64,000 nt of DNA from Polyangiales bacterium (GTDB lineage Bacteria; Myxococcota_A; Polyangia; Polyangiales; Ga0077539): the NCBI GenBank assembly GCA_044229975.1, contig JBGARZ010000002.1, forward strand, positions 192,001-256,000, in the 5' to 3' direction. Of the stretch, positions 54,375-62,847 are shown in pieces. A program made the position numbers and the translations under genes. Within the stretch, counting starts at the first letter, position 1. Each line of letters begins with the position of its first letter. The notes below the pieces were generated by a model. It did no database searches and was not told where the DNA came from. It saw only the letters and a list, made by a program, of their open reading frames with translations.

Positions 54375-54857
54375 TCATTCGCTCCGCGCGGAGCGACGAA
54401 ACCGGACGTTCTCCACCTCGAACCCGAGGCTCTCGAACAGTCGACGTGACGGCTCGTTGAACCCCCACGTCTGCGCCTTGAGCTCTGTCACGCCGACCGC
54501 CTGCGCCTCCTGCGCGAGGGCCGCGACGAGCGCGCGGGCGACACCGCGCCGTCTCGCGGTCGGGTCCACGGCGAGCTGGTCCACCTCGCACCAACTGCGA
54601 GCCCGAAGAAAGGCGCTCGCCTCCCGCACCATGAACATCGCCAGCACGTAGCCCACTGCCCTCCCCTCGATCTCAGCGATCCAGACTCGCGCGTTGGGGT
54701 CTGCGAGGCGCGCGGTGAACCACGCGGCGACCGCCTCGGCGCTGGGCGGACCGAAGGTGTCTGGACGCGCGTCGACGTGCAGTTGCTGAACGATGCCGTT
54801 GAGCCGCACGAGCTGCTCGACGTCTCCCACGTGCGCCCGCCGGATGATCGCTTCCAT
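54375..54857 (-). CDS. GNAT family N-acetyltransferase
   Basis: LAVDPTARRRGVARAL (motif A); N..S..LFESLGF. Confidence 0.88.
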   Translation of the reverse strand: MEAIIRRAHVGDVEQLVRLNGIVQQLHVDARPDTFGPPSAEAVAAWFTARLADPNARVWIAEIEGRAVGYVLAMFMVREASAFLRARSWCEVDQLAVDPTARRRGVARALVAALAQEAQAVGVTELKAQTWGFNEPSRRLFESLGFEVENVRFRRSARSE

Positions 54858-55015
54858 GATGGTCCGCGCAGTGTAGTCGCGACCCGCGAGCGCCACCGAA
54901 GCACCCACGTCGCTCTGGAGAGCGTCGCCCACGCCCGCCCAGCGCGGGCGTGGGCGGGTGCTGCGTGCGAACACCGTGGCCATCCCCTCGCACGCTGCGA
55001 TATCTTCCGCGCCCT

Positions 55016-55828
55016 ATGGCGAAATCCAAGACTCCCGCTCCCCGCAAGGCAGGCGCGTCCAGCGCCACGACCACTACCGTGTCGAGCGCCGCTTCGGCGA
55101 AGTTCGATGCCGCCGCGAGGCTTATCCCCGAGGAGGCCGTTCGCAACATCCCGCAGTACCCGCGCGCCTGGCTCGCGTGGGCGGCGGGTGTCGCCGCGGC
55201 CGCCGCCCGGCAGTCCGCCGCGCTCGTGAAGGTGCCGCTCGAAGACGGCCCGCTCACGGCCGAGGAGATCCTCGAGCTCGCGCCCTTCATCGAGTACGTG
55301 CGCTCCACCAAGGGCCGCCTCGACGCCGACCGCACCACCGAGCACGACGTCGACCCGAGCGAGCTCGCGCTGCTCCTCAGCATCCGCGCCGACCAGCAGA
55401 AGATCATCCGCGCGTTTCGCACGCTGCGCTTCCGCCGCAACAAGGTGGGCCTCGGCCTCATCCGCAGCCTCGTGCGCGGATCAGCGCGCGACCCGCAGGA
55501 CGCCGTGCAGGACAACACCGGGCTGCTGAGCCTCTGCAACAGCGTCGACCACGAGAAGTGGCTCGCGAGCCTCCCCAACGGCGAGGGCGCCGCCGCCGCC
55601 CGCCTCTGGGACCGCCACAACGACCTCGTCACCCTCGCCGCCCGCTGGTCCGCGCCGACGGGCGCCCACGAGGCGCGCACCCACGCCCAGCGCCTCTGGA
55701 CCGCGCTGCGCCTCCGCCTGGAGCGCGTTCTCATCGCGGGCCGCTACCAGAACGCCGGTGACCGCGCCCTGCGCGACGAGTACCGGGGCTTCCGCCGCCC
55801 GACCGCGCGCAAGACGAAGAAGAAGTAG
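55016..55828 (+). CDS. Hypothetical helical protein with basic termini
   Basis: Strong GC3 bias; Lys/Arg-rich N- and C-termini. Confidence 0.75.
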   Translation: MAKSKTPAPRKAGASSATTTTVSSAASAKFDAAARLIPEEAVRNIPQYPRAWLAWAAGVAAAAARQSAALVKVPLEDGPLTAEEILELAPFIEYVRSTKGRLDADRTTEHDVDPSELALLLSIRADQQKIIRAFRTLRFRRNKVGLGLIRSLVRGSARDPQDAVQDNTGLLSLCNSVDHEKWLASLPNGEGAAAARLWDRHNDLVTLAARWSAPTGAHEARTHAQRLWTALRLRLERVLIAGRYQNAGDRALRDEYRGFRRPTARKTKKK

Positions 55829-55832
55829 TCGC

Positions 55833-57098
55833 TCAGTAGTTTCCGATCACCGCCGGTCGCCGTCGGGAGTGTCGTCGCTCCACCGGCGGCGGCTCTGGCG
55901 GCGCCACCCGCAGCGGTTCCGGCGACGCCACCTGAACATCCTCCAACGGACGATCGCTCGTGCCGGCCTCGTGTGACACCACCGTCGTCGGCACCACCGG
56001 GTCGCGCCTCGTCACCCGCGACGCCGTCGGCGAGTCCTCCTGCACCGCCACAAGCCCGACGAACACCACGCCCGCCACGCCCACCACCGCGGCCACGGCG
56101 CGCGTCGTCGGCACCCGCCGCTGCGGCGGCGGTGGCAGCGCGCCGCGTTCGTCCAGCGTGCGCACATAGTTCTGCGACACCGCGGGGCGTCGCCGCACCG
56201 TCGCCGCGGGTGCGGGCTGGCGGAAGTCTCGCGCCCACGTCACCTGCGCCGTCTGCGACGCGAAGGGCAGCAGCGCCCGACCGAACTCCCGCACCGTCGG
56301 CGTGCGCTCCGCGGGGTCGCGCGCCAGCGCCCGCACCAGCGCCGCATCGAACTCGCGCGGAACCCCGTGCACCACCTTCCCCGGCGCCACGAGGGGCGCG
56401 CTGAGGATGCGATCGAAGGTCTCGAACATCGACGATCCCTCGAACGGAACCACCCCCGCCACGCTCGCATACAGCACCGCGGCGAGGGACCACACGTCGC
56501 TGCGCTCGTCGGTGTCGCGCGCCTCGCGCACCTGCTCTGGGGACATGAACGACGGCGTCCCGAGCACCGACGCCGCGTGGGTGAGCCCGGCGCCGGGCGA
56601 CTTCACCTTCACGATGCCGAAGTCGAGGAGCTTCGGGTGATCGCCGTGCGGCCCCTGCGCGATGAAGATGTTGGCGGGCTTCAGATCACGATGAACAACC
56701 CCCGCCTCATGCACCGCCGCCACCGCGGACAACACCGGGAGCATGAGGTCGACGCCGGCCTCGACGGAGAGTCTGCCCTCGCGCTCCAGGCGATCTTCGA
56801 GGGTCTCGCCGACGAGAAGCTCCATCGCCATGAAGGGCACGCCGTCGACGGAGCCGAGGTCTTGCACGTCGACGATGTGCGGGTGCTGGAGCGCCGACGC
56901 GGTCTCGGCCTCGCGGAGAAAGCGCACCACGGCCTCGGGGTTGCGGGCGAGGTCGGCGTTGAGGACCTTCAGCGCGACACGCTTCCGCAGAGGGTGGCGG
57001 AGCGCTTCGTAGACCGTCCCGAAGGTGCCGCTCCCAAGGAGCGAGAGCACTTCATAGGGGCCGAAGCGAAGGCCGGGGCGGAGGGTTCCTGAGCTCAT
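55833..57098 (-). CDS. Hanks-type Ser/Thr protein kinase with TM helix
   Basis: GSGTFG, VALK, HRDLKPAN, DFG and FMSPEQ motifs. Confidence 0.93.
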   Translation of the reverse strand: MSSGTLRPGLRFGPYEVLSLLGSGTFGTVYEALRHPLRKRVALKVLNADLARNPEAVVRFLREAETASALQHPHIVDVQDLGSVDGVPFMAMELLVGETLEDRLEREGRLSVEAGVDLMLPVLSAVAAVHEAGVVHRDLKPANIFIAQGPHGDHPKLLDFGIVKVKSPGAGLTHAASVLGTPSFMSPEQVREARDTDERSDVWSLAAVLYASVAGVVPFEGSSMFETFDRILSAPLVAPGKVVHGVPREFDAALVRALARDPAERTPTVREFGRALLPFASQTAQVTWARDFRQPAPAATVRRRPAVSQNYVRTLDERGALPPPPQRRVPTTRAVAAVVGVAGVVFVGLVAVQEDSPTASRVTRRDPVVPTTVVSHEAGTSDRPLEDVQVASPEPLRVAPPEPPPVERRHSRRRPAVIGNY

Positions 57099-57141
57099 GG
57101 GGCGCGACAAAATCCCTGAAACCACGATCACCCGATCGTAA

Positions 57142-57157
57142 CTGAACATTTGTACGG
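57142..57157. promoter_or_regulatory. LexA(SOS)-like box between divergent genes
   Basis: CTGAACATTTGTACGG, an imperfect CTGAAC-N4-GTTCAG palindrome; AT-rich island in high-GC DNA. Confidence 0.6.
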
Positions 57158-57189
57158 TCGCTGAGGGCCGTGGTAGTCCGTTCGCTGCG

Positions 57190-57708
57190 ATGCGCGCTCG
57201 TCGAACCCCGCCTGCGGCCCGTGACGACTACGACGCCTACGACCTCCCTCCCCCCGAGGTCTTCGACGCGCCGGCCGACATGCCCGTCGATGAGCCGCCG
57301 TCCGAGAGCGCGACCTCCGCGGCGCCGTCCATCGCGTTGCCCGCGCGGGTGTGCCTGGTATGCGGCGACGACCCGTCCTTCGATGGGGGATGTCCCCACG
57401 ACGAGGTCGCGACGCTCAGCGCGCTCGACGCGGCGACCCGCGGCCTGCTCGGCGAGCTGCGTGTGCTGCACGAGTCGCTGCGTGCCCAGCAACGGGGCTT
57501 GCGGCGTGTGGTGAGCGATGCGGTCGCGAGCGGGAGTGCGACGGTGGAGGTGCGTGAGCCGCCGGTGGTTCCGACGCGGGTGGTGCTCATTCCGCCGCCT
57601 TCGGCGGTGAAGCGGCCGCGACGGGCGCTGGCCGATGGTGGAGCGCAGGGGCGCTTCGGCTTCGTGGAGATCGTGGCGCCCATCGCCGACCCCGACGTCA
57701 ATCGTTGA
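57190..57708 (+). CDS. Hypothetical protein with CxxC...CPH motif and coiled coil
   Basis: CLVC-x9-CPH; heptad-like helix; C-terminal QGRFGF. Confidence 0.6.
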   Translation: MRARRTPPAARDDYDAYDLPPPEVFDAPADMPVDEPPSESATSAAPSIALPARVCLVCGDDPSFDGGCPHDEVATLSALDAATRGLLGELRVLHESLRAQQRGLRRVVSDAVASGSATVEVREPPVVPTRVVLIPPPSAVKRPRRALADGGAQGRFGFVEIVAPIADPDVNR

Positions 57709-57771
57709 CGGGGGTCGCGTCGAGCGTTCCCCGCGGCGGGCGTCGGCGCTATAAGCCCTCCCCCTCGCGCG

Positions 57772-60453
57772 ATGCCAGCCTCGTCGCCTGACCAACGACC
57801 GTCTCTCACGCGCGGACTCGGACTCTCCGCAGGCATCGTCGCGTTTGGCGGGGTCGGCATCGCGGACGGCGTCCTCGCGTGGTCGCGCGCCCCGCGTGGA
57901 TCGCTCCCCCCATCGCTCGGGCTGCTGGTGGTGCTCCAGTGCGCGGCCATCCTGGTGAGCTTCGGCATCGGGCTGGGTCTGTTGGAAGAGCTGGTGCTGG
58001 TCTCGGCGCGGCGCGTCCCGTGGTTGCAGCGCGTGGGCTCTTGGTGCCTCGGCGGCCCGCGGCGGTGGTTCGCTCGCGACCCCGACGGCGCGGCCATCGT
58101 CGCGTCGACGGCCATCGGGGTGGGCGTCGCGTTTGGCCCGCTGTACCCGCTCGCGCACTCGGTGTTTCACACCTTCCACTCGCGCTCGCTCGCGGCGCTG
58201 GCGGTGTTTCTCGCGCCCTTCGGCTTCGCCCTCGGCGCGATCGTCCTGCTGCTCCTCCTGTCGGGTCCGCTGCGGTGGTTCTTCCACCGCGTCGGGCGCG
58301 TCGCGTCGGTGGGGACGATGCTGTCGCTGTCGCTCTTCGTGGCGGTGGCGCAGTCGGTGCGGTTCTTCTCGCTCAACTGGGCGTCGTTTCGAAACCTCGA
58401 GTTCGGCGCCGTGGCGCTCGGGACGGCGCTGCTCGTCGCCAACGCGCTCGCGCTGCTGGGCTTCGGTCGTCGCGTGCTGCGCCTCGATCGTCCGCTGCGC
58501 TGGCGCGTGCCCTTCGCGCTGATGGTGATGGCGCTCGGGGCCTTCGTGACGTCGGCGTTTACGCTGGGCGCGCGGCAGACGGTGGCGGCGACGCTCTTCA
58601 ACCGCAGCCTCCTCGCGCAGCGGGTGGCGCGCGGCTTTCAGTTGAGCCTCGACCTCGACGGCGACGGCTACTCCGCGGTGTTCAACGGCGGCGACTGCAA
58701 CGACCGCGACGCGCGCATCTCACCGCGGGCGCACGACATCCCCGGCAACGGCCGCGACGAAAACTGCACCGGCCGCGACGCGCGCGTCGAGCGTGACGAG
58801 AGCGACGGTCACATCGTCCCGCTGCCGCCCGACGCGGCGACGCAGCGACCGAGCTTCGTGCTGCTCTCCATCGACGCGATGCGGCCCGACCACATGGGCT
58901 GCTACGGCTACCGCCGACCGACGACGCCCAACATCGATCGCTTCGCGCGCGGAGCGGCTCGCTTCACCAACGCGTACTGCGCATCGCCGCGCTCGCTGCG
59001 GTCGTTCGGGAGCATCTGGGCGGGGCGGTATGCGTCGATGGTTGCGTGGGGCAACGACGTGCAGTTTCCCCCGTTGGAGGCGTCCAACGTGACGCTCGCC
59101 GAGCAGCTCGGGTCGGCCGGGTACGCGACGGCGGCCTTCAACAACACGAGCTACTTCTCGCACACGGCGGGCTTCTTCCAGGGCTTCACGCAGGTGGCCG
59201 AGGAGTACGGGTTCAAGTCCGAGGTGGCTCCCACCATCGCGCGCATCCAGTCATTTCTGCGCGACCACGAGGGCGACCCGGCGCCGTTCTTCCTGTGGTC
59301 GCACCTGATGGAGCCGCACGACCCCTACCGCGACCGCACCGCGCCGCGCGACTTCGGCCACACGCCGATGGACACCTACGACGAGGAGATCGCCGCCGCC
59401 GACGACGCCCTCGGCGCGGTGCTCACGCAGCTCGACGCGCTCGCCACGCGACGTCCGCTGGTGGTGGTCATCTTTGGCGACCACGGCGAGGCCTTCGGCG
59501 AGCACGGCGTCTACCACCACTCCTTCGACCTCCACGAAGAGGCGCTGCGGGTGCCGATTCTCATCCGTGGTCCGGGCATCGCGCCGGGGCCGCGCAACGC
59601 GCTGACCAACCTGTTCGACCTGCACCCGACGCTGCTCAACTTCGCCAACCGCCGACCCGAGGCGCCCGTGTCGGGGCGCTCGCTCCTGCCGGTGCTCTTC
59701 GACCCGTCGCCGTCGACCATCACGCCGCCCGGTTGGCGCACGTCGATGTACGGCGAGGTCACGCCCGACGGGGTGTTTCCGTCGGAGCAGAAGTCCATCT
59801 ATGCGCCGCCGTTCAAGCTCATCCACGACCTGAGGCGCGGGACCTGGGAGCTGTTCGACATCGCGCACGACCGCGGCGAGATCCACAACCTCTACGACGC
59901 GCGCCCCGAGCTCGCGGCCGACCTGCGTGAGCGACTGGTGACGTGGACCGACCACGCCGCCACGGCGGGCAACAGCTCCAACGAGCTCATTGCGGCGGCG
60001 CGGTTGACGGCGGTTCCCGCGAACATCCAGCACCCGATGAACGTGCGCTTCGGCGACATCGCGGAGCTGCTCGGGTACGACCTCCCGGCCGATCGTGTGC
60101 CCATCGAGGGGACGTACCGCGCGGTGTTCTACTGGCGCGTGCTGCGTCGCACGCGGGTGCCGGTGTTGATGGTGACGTCCTTCGATCCGGTGGACGGACA
60201 GCCCATCTGGCCGCTCTTCGTCGCGCGGCACGTTCCCATCTACGGGCGCTACCCGACGACGGAGTGGCGCGCGGGAGAGATTCTCCGCGACGAGGTGACG
60301 TTGCGGGTCGACCCGGAGATGCGCGCGGCGCGGCTGCGAACCTTCGTCTCGCTGGAGATCGCCGAGACCGCGCAGAGGATTCCGCCGCTCACGGTGACGG
60401 CGCCCGACGCGCGGCTGGAGATCACCGCGGTCGACATCCTGCCGCGCCAATAG
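57772..60453 (+). CDS. Membrane-anchored sulfatase/alkaline-phosphatase-superfamily protein with putative metal-binding repeat
   Basis: About 7 TM helices; DLDGDGY...DCND...GNGRDENC; IDAMRPDH, HLMEPH and GDHGE motifs. Confidence 0.85.
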   Translation: MPASSPDQRPSLTRGLGLSAGIVAFGGVGIADGVLAWSRAPRGSLPPSLGLLVVLQCAAILVSFGIGLGLLEELVLVSARRVPWLQRVGSWCLGGPRRWFARDPDGAAIVASTAIGVGVAFGPLYPLAHSVFHTFHSRSLAALAVFLAPFGFALGAIVLLLLLSGPLRWFFHRVGRVASVGTMLSLSLFVAVAQSVRFFSLNWASFRNLEFGAVALGTALLVANALALLGFGRRVLRLDRPLRWRVPFALMVMALGAFVTSAFTLGARQTVAATLFNRSLLAQRVARGFQLSLDLDGDGYSAVFNGGDCNDRDARISPRAHDIPGNGRDENCTGRDARVERDESDGHIVPLPPDAATQRPSFVLLSIDAMRPDHMGCYGYRRPTTPNIDRFARGAARFTNAYCASPRSLRSFGSIWAGRYASMVAWGNDVQFPPLEASNVTLAEQLGSAGYATAAFNNTSYFSHTAGFFQGFTQVAEEYGFKSEVAPTIARIQSFLRDHEGDPAPFFLWSHLMEPHDPYRDRTAPRDFGHTPMDTYDEEIAAADDALGAVLTQLDALATRRPLVVVIFGDHGEAFGEHGVYHHSFDLHEEALRVPILIRGPGIAPGPRNALTNLFDLHPTLLNFANRRPEAPVSGRSLLPVLFDPSPSTITPPGWRTSMYGEVTPDGVFPSEQKSIYAPPFKLIHDLRRGTWELFDIAHDRGEIHNLYDARPELAADLRERLVTWTDHAATAGNSSNELIAAARLTAVPANIQHPMNVRFGDIAELLGYDLPADRVPIEGTYRAVFYWRVLRRTRVPVLMVTSFDPVDGQPIWPLFVARHVPIYGRYPTTEWRAGEILRDEVTLRVDPEMRAARLRTFVSLEIAETAQRIPPLTVTAPDARLEITAVDILPRQ

Positions 60454-60491
60454 GGCGGTCAGTGAATGTCCGACGCGGGCGAGCGTCGGTC

Positions 60492-60521
60492 TTGCGGGCG
60501 TCGCGCGGGGGGACCTATGGT
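60492..60521 (+). promoter_or_regulatory. Possible sigma70 promoter of the PARP operon
   Basis: TTGCGG-18 nt-TATGGT; GAGG RBS at 60541. Confidence 0.35.
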
Positions 60522-60551
60522 GCGGGCCGCGAAGGGCGACGAGGTGCTGTC

Positions 60552-62000
60552 ATGGCGGGTGTGAAGTCGTGGAAGTTTGGTGACGCGAGCGCTCCGGCAT
60601 TTCCCGATGATTTCGAGATCGCGCGCAAGGCGGTGTTGCAGGTCACGGACATCAAGACCAACCACAACAAGTACTACGCGGTGGAGGTCCACCAGGGGAC
60701 GTTGAAGGGCAAGCCGGTGTTCCGTGTGTTCACGCACTACGGGCGCACCGATGACCTGGAGAACAACCCCGAGGCGGGGCAGAAGGAGTGCCGCTACGCC
60801 AACACGCTGGGCGAGGCGCAGGCCATCTACGACGGCATCTATCGCGAGAAGACCTCGGCGGCGAAGGGCTACAAGGAGCTGAGCCTCGCATCGAGCAAGA
60901 TCGGCTCGCAGAAGGCGCGCGGCACGAGCGCGGGCGAGGTCGACGCCAAGACCATCAAGCGGCTCGCCGAACAGAAGGTGGCGCGCGGCGAGGTCGCGGC
61001 GACGACCATCAAGGTGTCCAACCTGAGCCCGACGGTGCAGTCGTTGGTGAAGTTGATCTACGCCGAGGCGACCAACGCGCTGACGACGGCCGTCAACGTG
61101 AAGATCACGGCCAACGGCATCGAGACGCCGCTGGGCATCCTGACGGTGGGGCAGATCGAGAAGGGAGAGTCCATCCTTCAAGACCTGTACAAGCTCTTTC
61201 AACAGGGCTCGAAAAACCGCAACAAGATGATCGACCTGTCGGGGGACTTCTATACGACCATCCCGCATCGCATCGGTCGCACGCGGGCCGCCATCGATGA
61301 AGCGGTGATCGACACGATGGAGGACTTCGAGGCCAAGCAGGAGACCCTTCAGCTCATGAAGGACATGCTCCAGGTCAACGGCGACGGCGGATCGGTGCTC
61401 TTCGAGAGCAAGGTCGACGAGCAGTACGAAGCGCTCAAGTGCGGCATCACGATGCTGGAGCGGTCGAACCCGACCTACGACGAGATCGAGCAGTTCGTCC
61501 TGAAGAGCCAGATCAAGACGAAGGCCATCAAGGTGAAGAACGTCTACACCCTGCGGCGCGCTGGCGAGCACGAGGTGTTCACCAACCACATCGACAACCA
61601 GCGGCTGCTCTTCCACGGCTCGCGCATCAAGAACTGGGTGGGCATTCTCTCGCGCGGCATCCTGATGCCGAAGATCGTCGTGAGCATGGGCGTCAACCGC
61701 ACCGACGCGGGCTGGCTCGGCAACGGCATCTACTTCGGCGACGCGTCGTGCACGAGCGCGTTCTACACGTCGCCGGCGAAGTCGGGCGCGCGCTTCATGG
61801 CGCTGGCGAAGGTCGCGCTCGGCAAGATGAAGCCGTACACGAAGATCACCTACGGCATCGCCGAGGCGCCCGCGGGCTTCAACTCCTGCCACGGCGTGCG
61901 AAACCAGAAGGGCAACGACTCGCAGTTCTCCGATGACGAGTACGTGATCTACGACTCGCGTCAGCAGCGCCTGGATTACCTGGTCGAATTCACGATGTAG
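60552..62000 (+). CDS. Poly(ADP-ribose) polymerase (WGR, PARP regulatory and PARP catalytic domains)
   Basis: NHNKYY...HYGR (WGR); PLGILT...LSGDFYTTIPH (regulatory); LLFHGS, GNGIYFG and DDEYVIYD (H-Y-E triad); start re-picked at ATG 60552. Confidence 0.93.
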   Translation: MAGVKSWKFGDASAPAFPDDFEIARKAVLQVTDIKTNHNKYYAVEVHQGTLKGKPVFRVFTHYGRTDDLENNPEAGQKECRYANTLGEAQAIYDGIYREKTSAAKGYKELSLASSKIGSQKARGTSAGEVDAKTIKRLAEQKVARGEVAATTIKVSNLSPTVQSLVKLIYAEATNALTTAVNVKITANGIETPLGILTVGQIEKGESILQDLYKLFQQGSKNRNKMIDLSGDFYTTIPHRIGRTRAAIDEAVIDTMEDFEAKQETLQLMKDMLQVNGDGGSVLFESKVDEQYEALKCGITMLERSNPTYDEIEQFVLKSQIKTKAIKVKNVYTLRRAGEHEVFTNHIDNQRLLFHGSRIKNWVGILSRGILMPKIVVSMGVNRTDAGWLGNGIYFGDASCTSAFYTSPAKSGARFMALAKVALGKMKPYTKITYGIAEAPAGFNSCHGVRNQKGNDSQFSDDEYVIYDSRQQRLDYLVEFTM

Positions 62001-62011
62001 GGAGAGTTGCC

Positions 62012-62794
62012 ATGGATGCTCAGGTGATCCTGGTGGATGTGAATCCGAAGATGGTGGCGGCGTGGCGGGAGGTCTTCGTCGACCACCCGGAGGTGCTGAT
62101 CGTCCATGGGTCGATGACCGACCAGGCGACGAGCGCGTGGGTCACGCCGACCAACAGCCGCGCGCAGATGGACGGCGGGCTTGATGGGGTGATCAAGAAG
62201 TTCCTGGGGCCGTCGATCCAGACGAAGGTGCAGTCGGAGGTGGCGAAGCGGTACCAGGGGACGATGCCGCTGGGTCACGCGACCTGTGTGGCGACGGGCG
62301 CGCCGAAGCCGCGGTGGCTCATCTCGACGCCGACCATGGTGGGCCGCTCGGACGACGTGTCCGATACGCTCAACGTGGCGCTCGCGTGCGCGGCGGCATT
62401 CCAGATGGTGCGGATGCAGAACGCGGCGGCGCCGGGGAGCATCGGCTCGGTGGCGCTGCCGGGCTTGGGCGCCAACACGGGCAAGGTGCCGGTGGAGATC
62501 TGCGCCGACCTGATGTGGACGGCCTACAACCTGGTCAGCAACCAGAACTTCACGGGCTTCCACGACATGCGCGTGGCGCTGGAGGCCGAGCTCGGAGCGC
62601 TCGGCAATGACGTGCAGGCCAAGCCGGTGACGAGCGCGCCCATGTACAAGGGCGGCGTCGTGCCGACCAAGGCCGCGGTGATGGCGGCGAAGGGTCCGAT
62701 GATTCCACCGAAGGGCCCGGTGATTCCGCCGAAGGTGGTGGGTGGCGTGGTGCCGAAGCCCAAGCCGCTGGCTGACTTCGACGACACCGAGTGA
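62012..62794 (+). CDS. Macrodomain protein (ADP-ribose binding/hydrolase) with Lys/Pro-rich tail
   Basis: VTPTNS...MDGGLDGVI, STPTM and LPGLGANTG motifs; 11 nt after PARP stop. Confidence 0.88.
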   Translation: MDAQVILVDVNPKMVAAWREVFVDHPEVLIVHGSMTDQATSAWVTPTNSRAQMDGGLDGVIKKFLGPSIQTKVQSEVAKRYQGTMPLGHATCVATGAPKPRWLISTPTMVGRSDDVSDTLNVALACAAAFQMVRMQNAAAPGSIGSVALPGLGANTGKVPVEICADLMWTAYNLVSNQNFTGFHDMRVALEAELGALGNDVQAKPVTSAPMYKGGVVPTKAAVMAAKGPMIPPKGPVIPPKVVGGVVPKPKPLADFDDTE

Positions 62795-62847
62795 CCCGGT
62801 AAGTTGCCCATGAAGCGCCACCCGAAGCAGCGTCCCGGAGCATCTCC

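Noticed and set aside
59943..60551. N-terminal extension of the PARP ORF shown in the track (685 aa)
   Set aside because: Overlaps the sulfatase-like gene and is Arg/Gly-rich noise; an RBS supports the start at 60552
60552..62794. DarTG toxin-antitoxin
   Set aside because: The ART has WGR and PARP regulatory domains with an H-Y-E triad, unlike the small DarT; the macro protein lacks a recognisable DarG C-terminal domain
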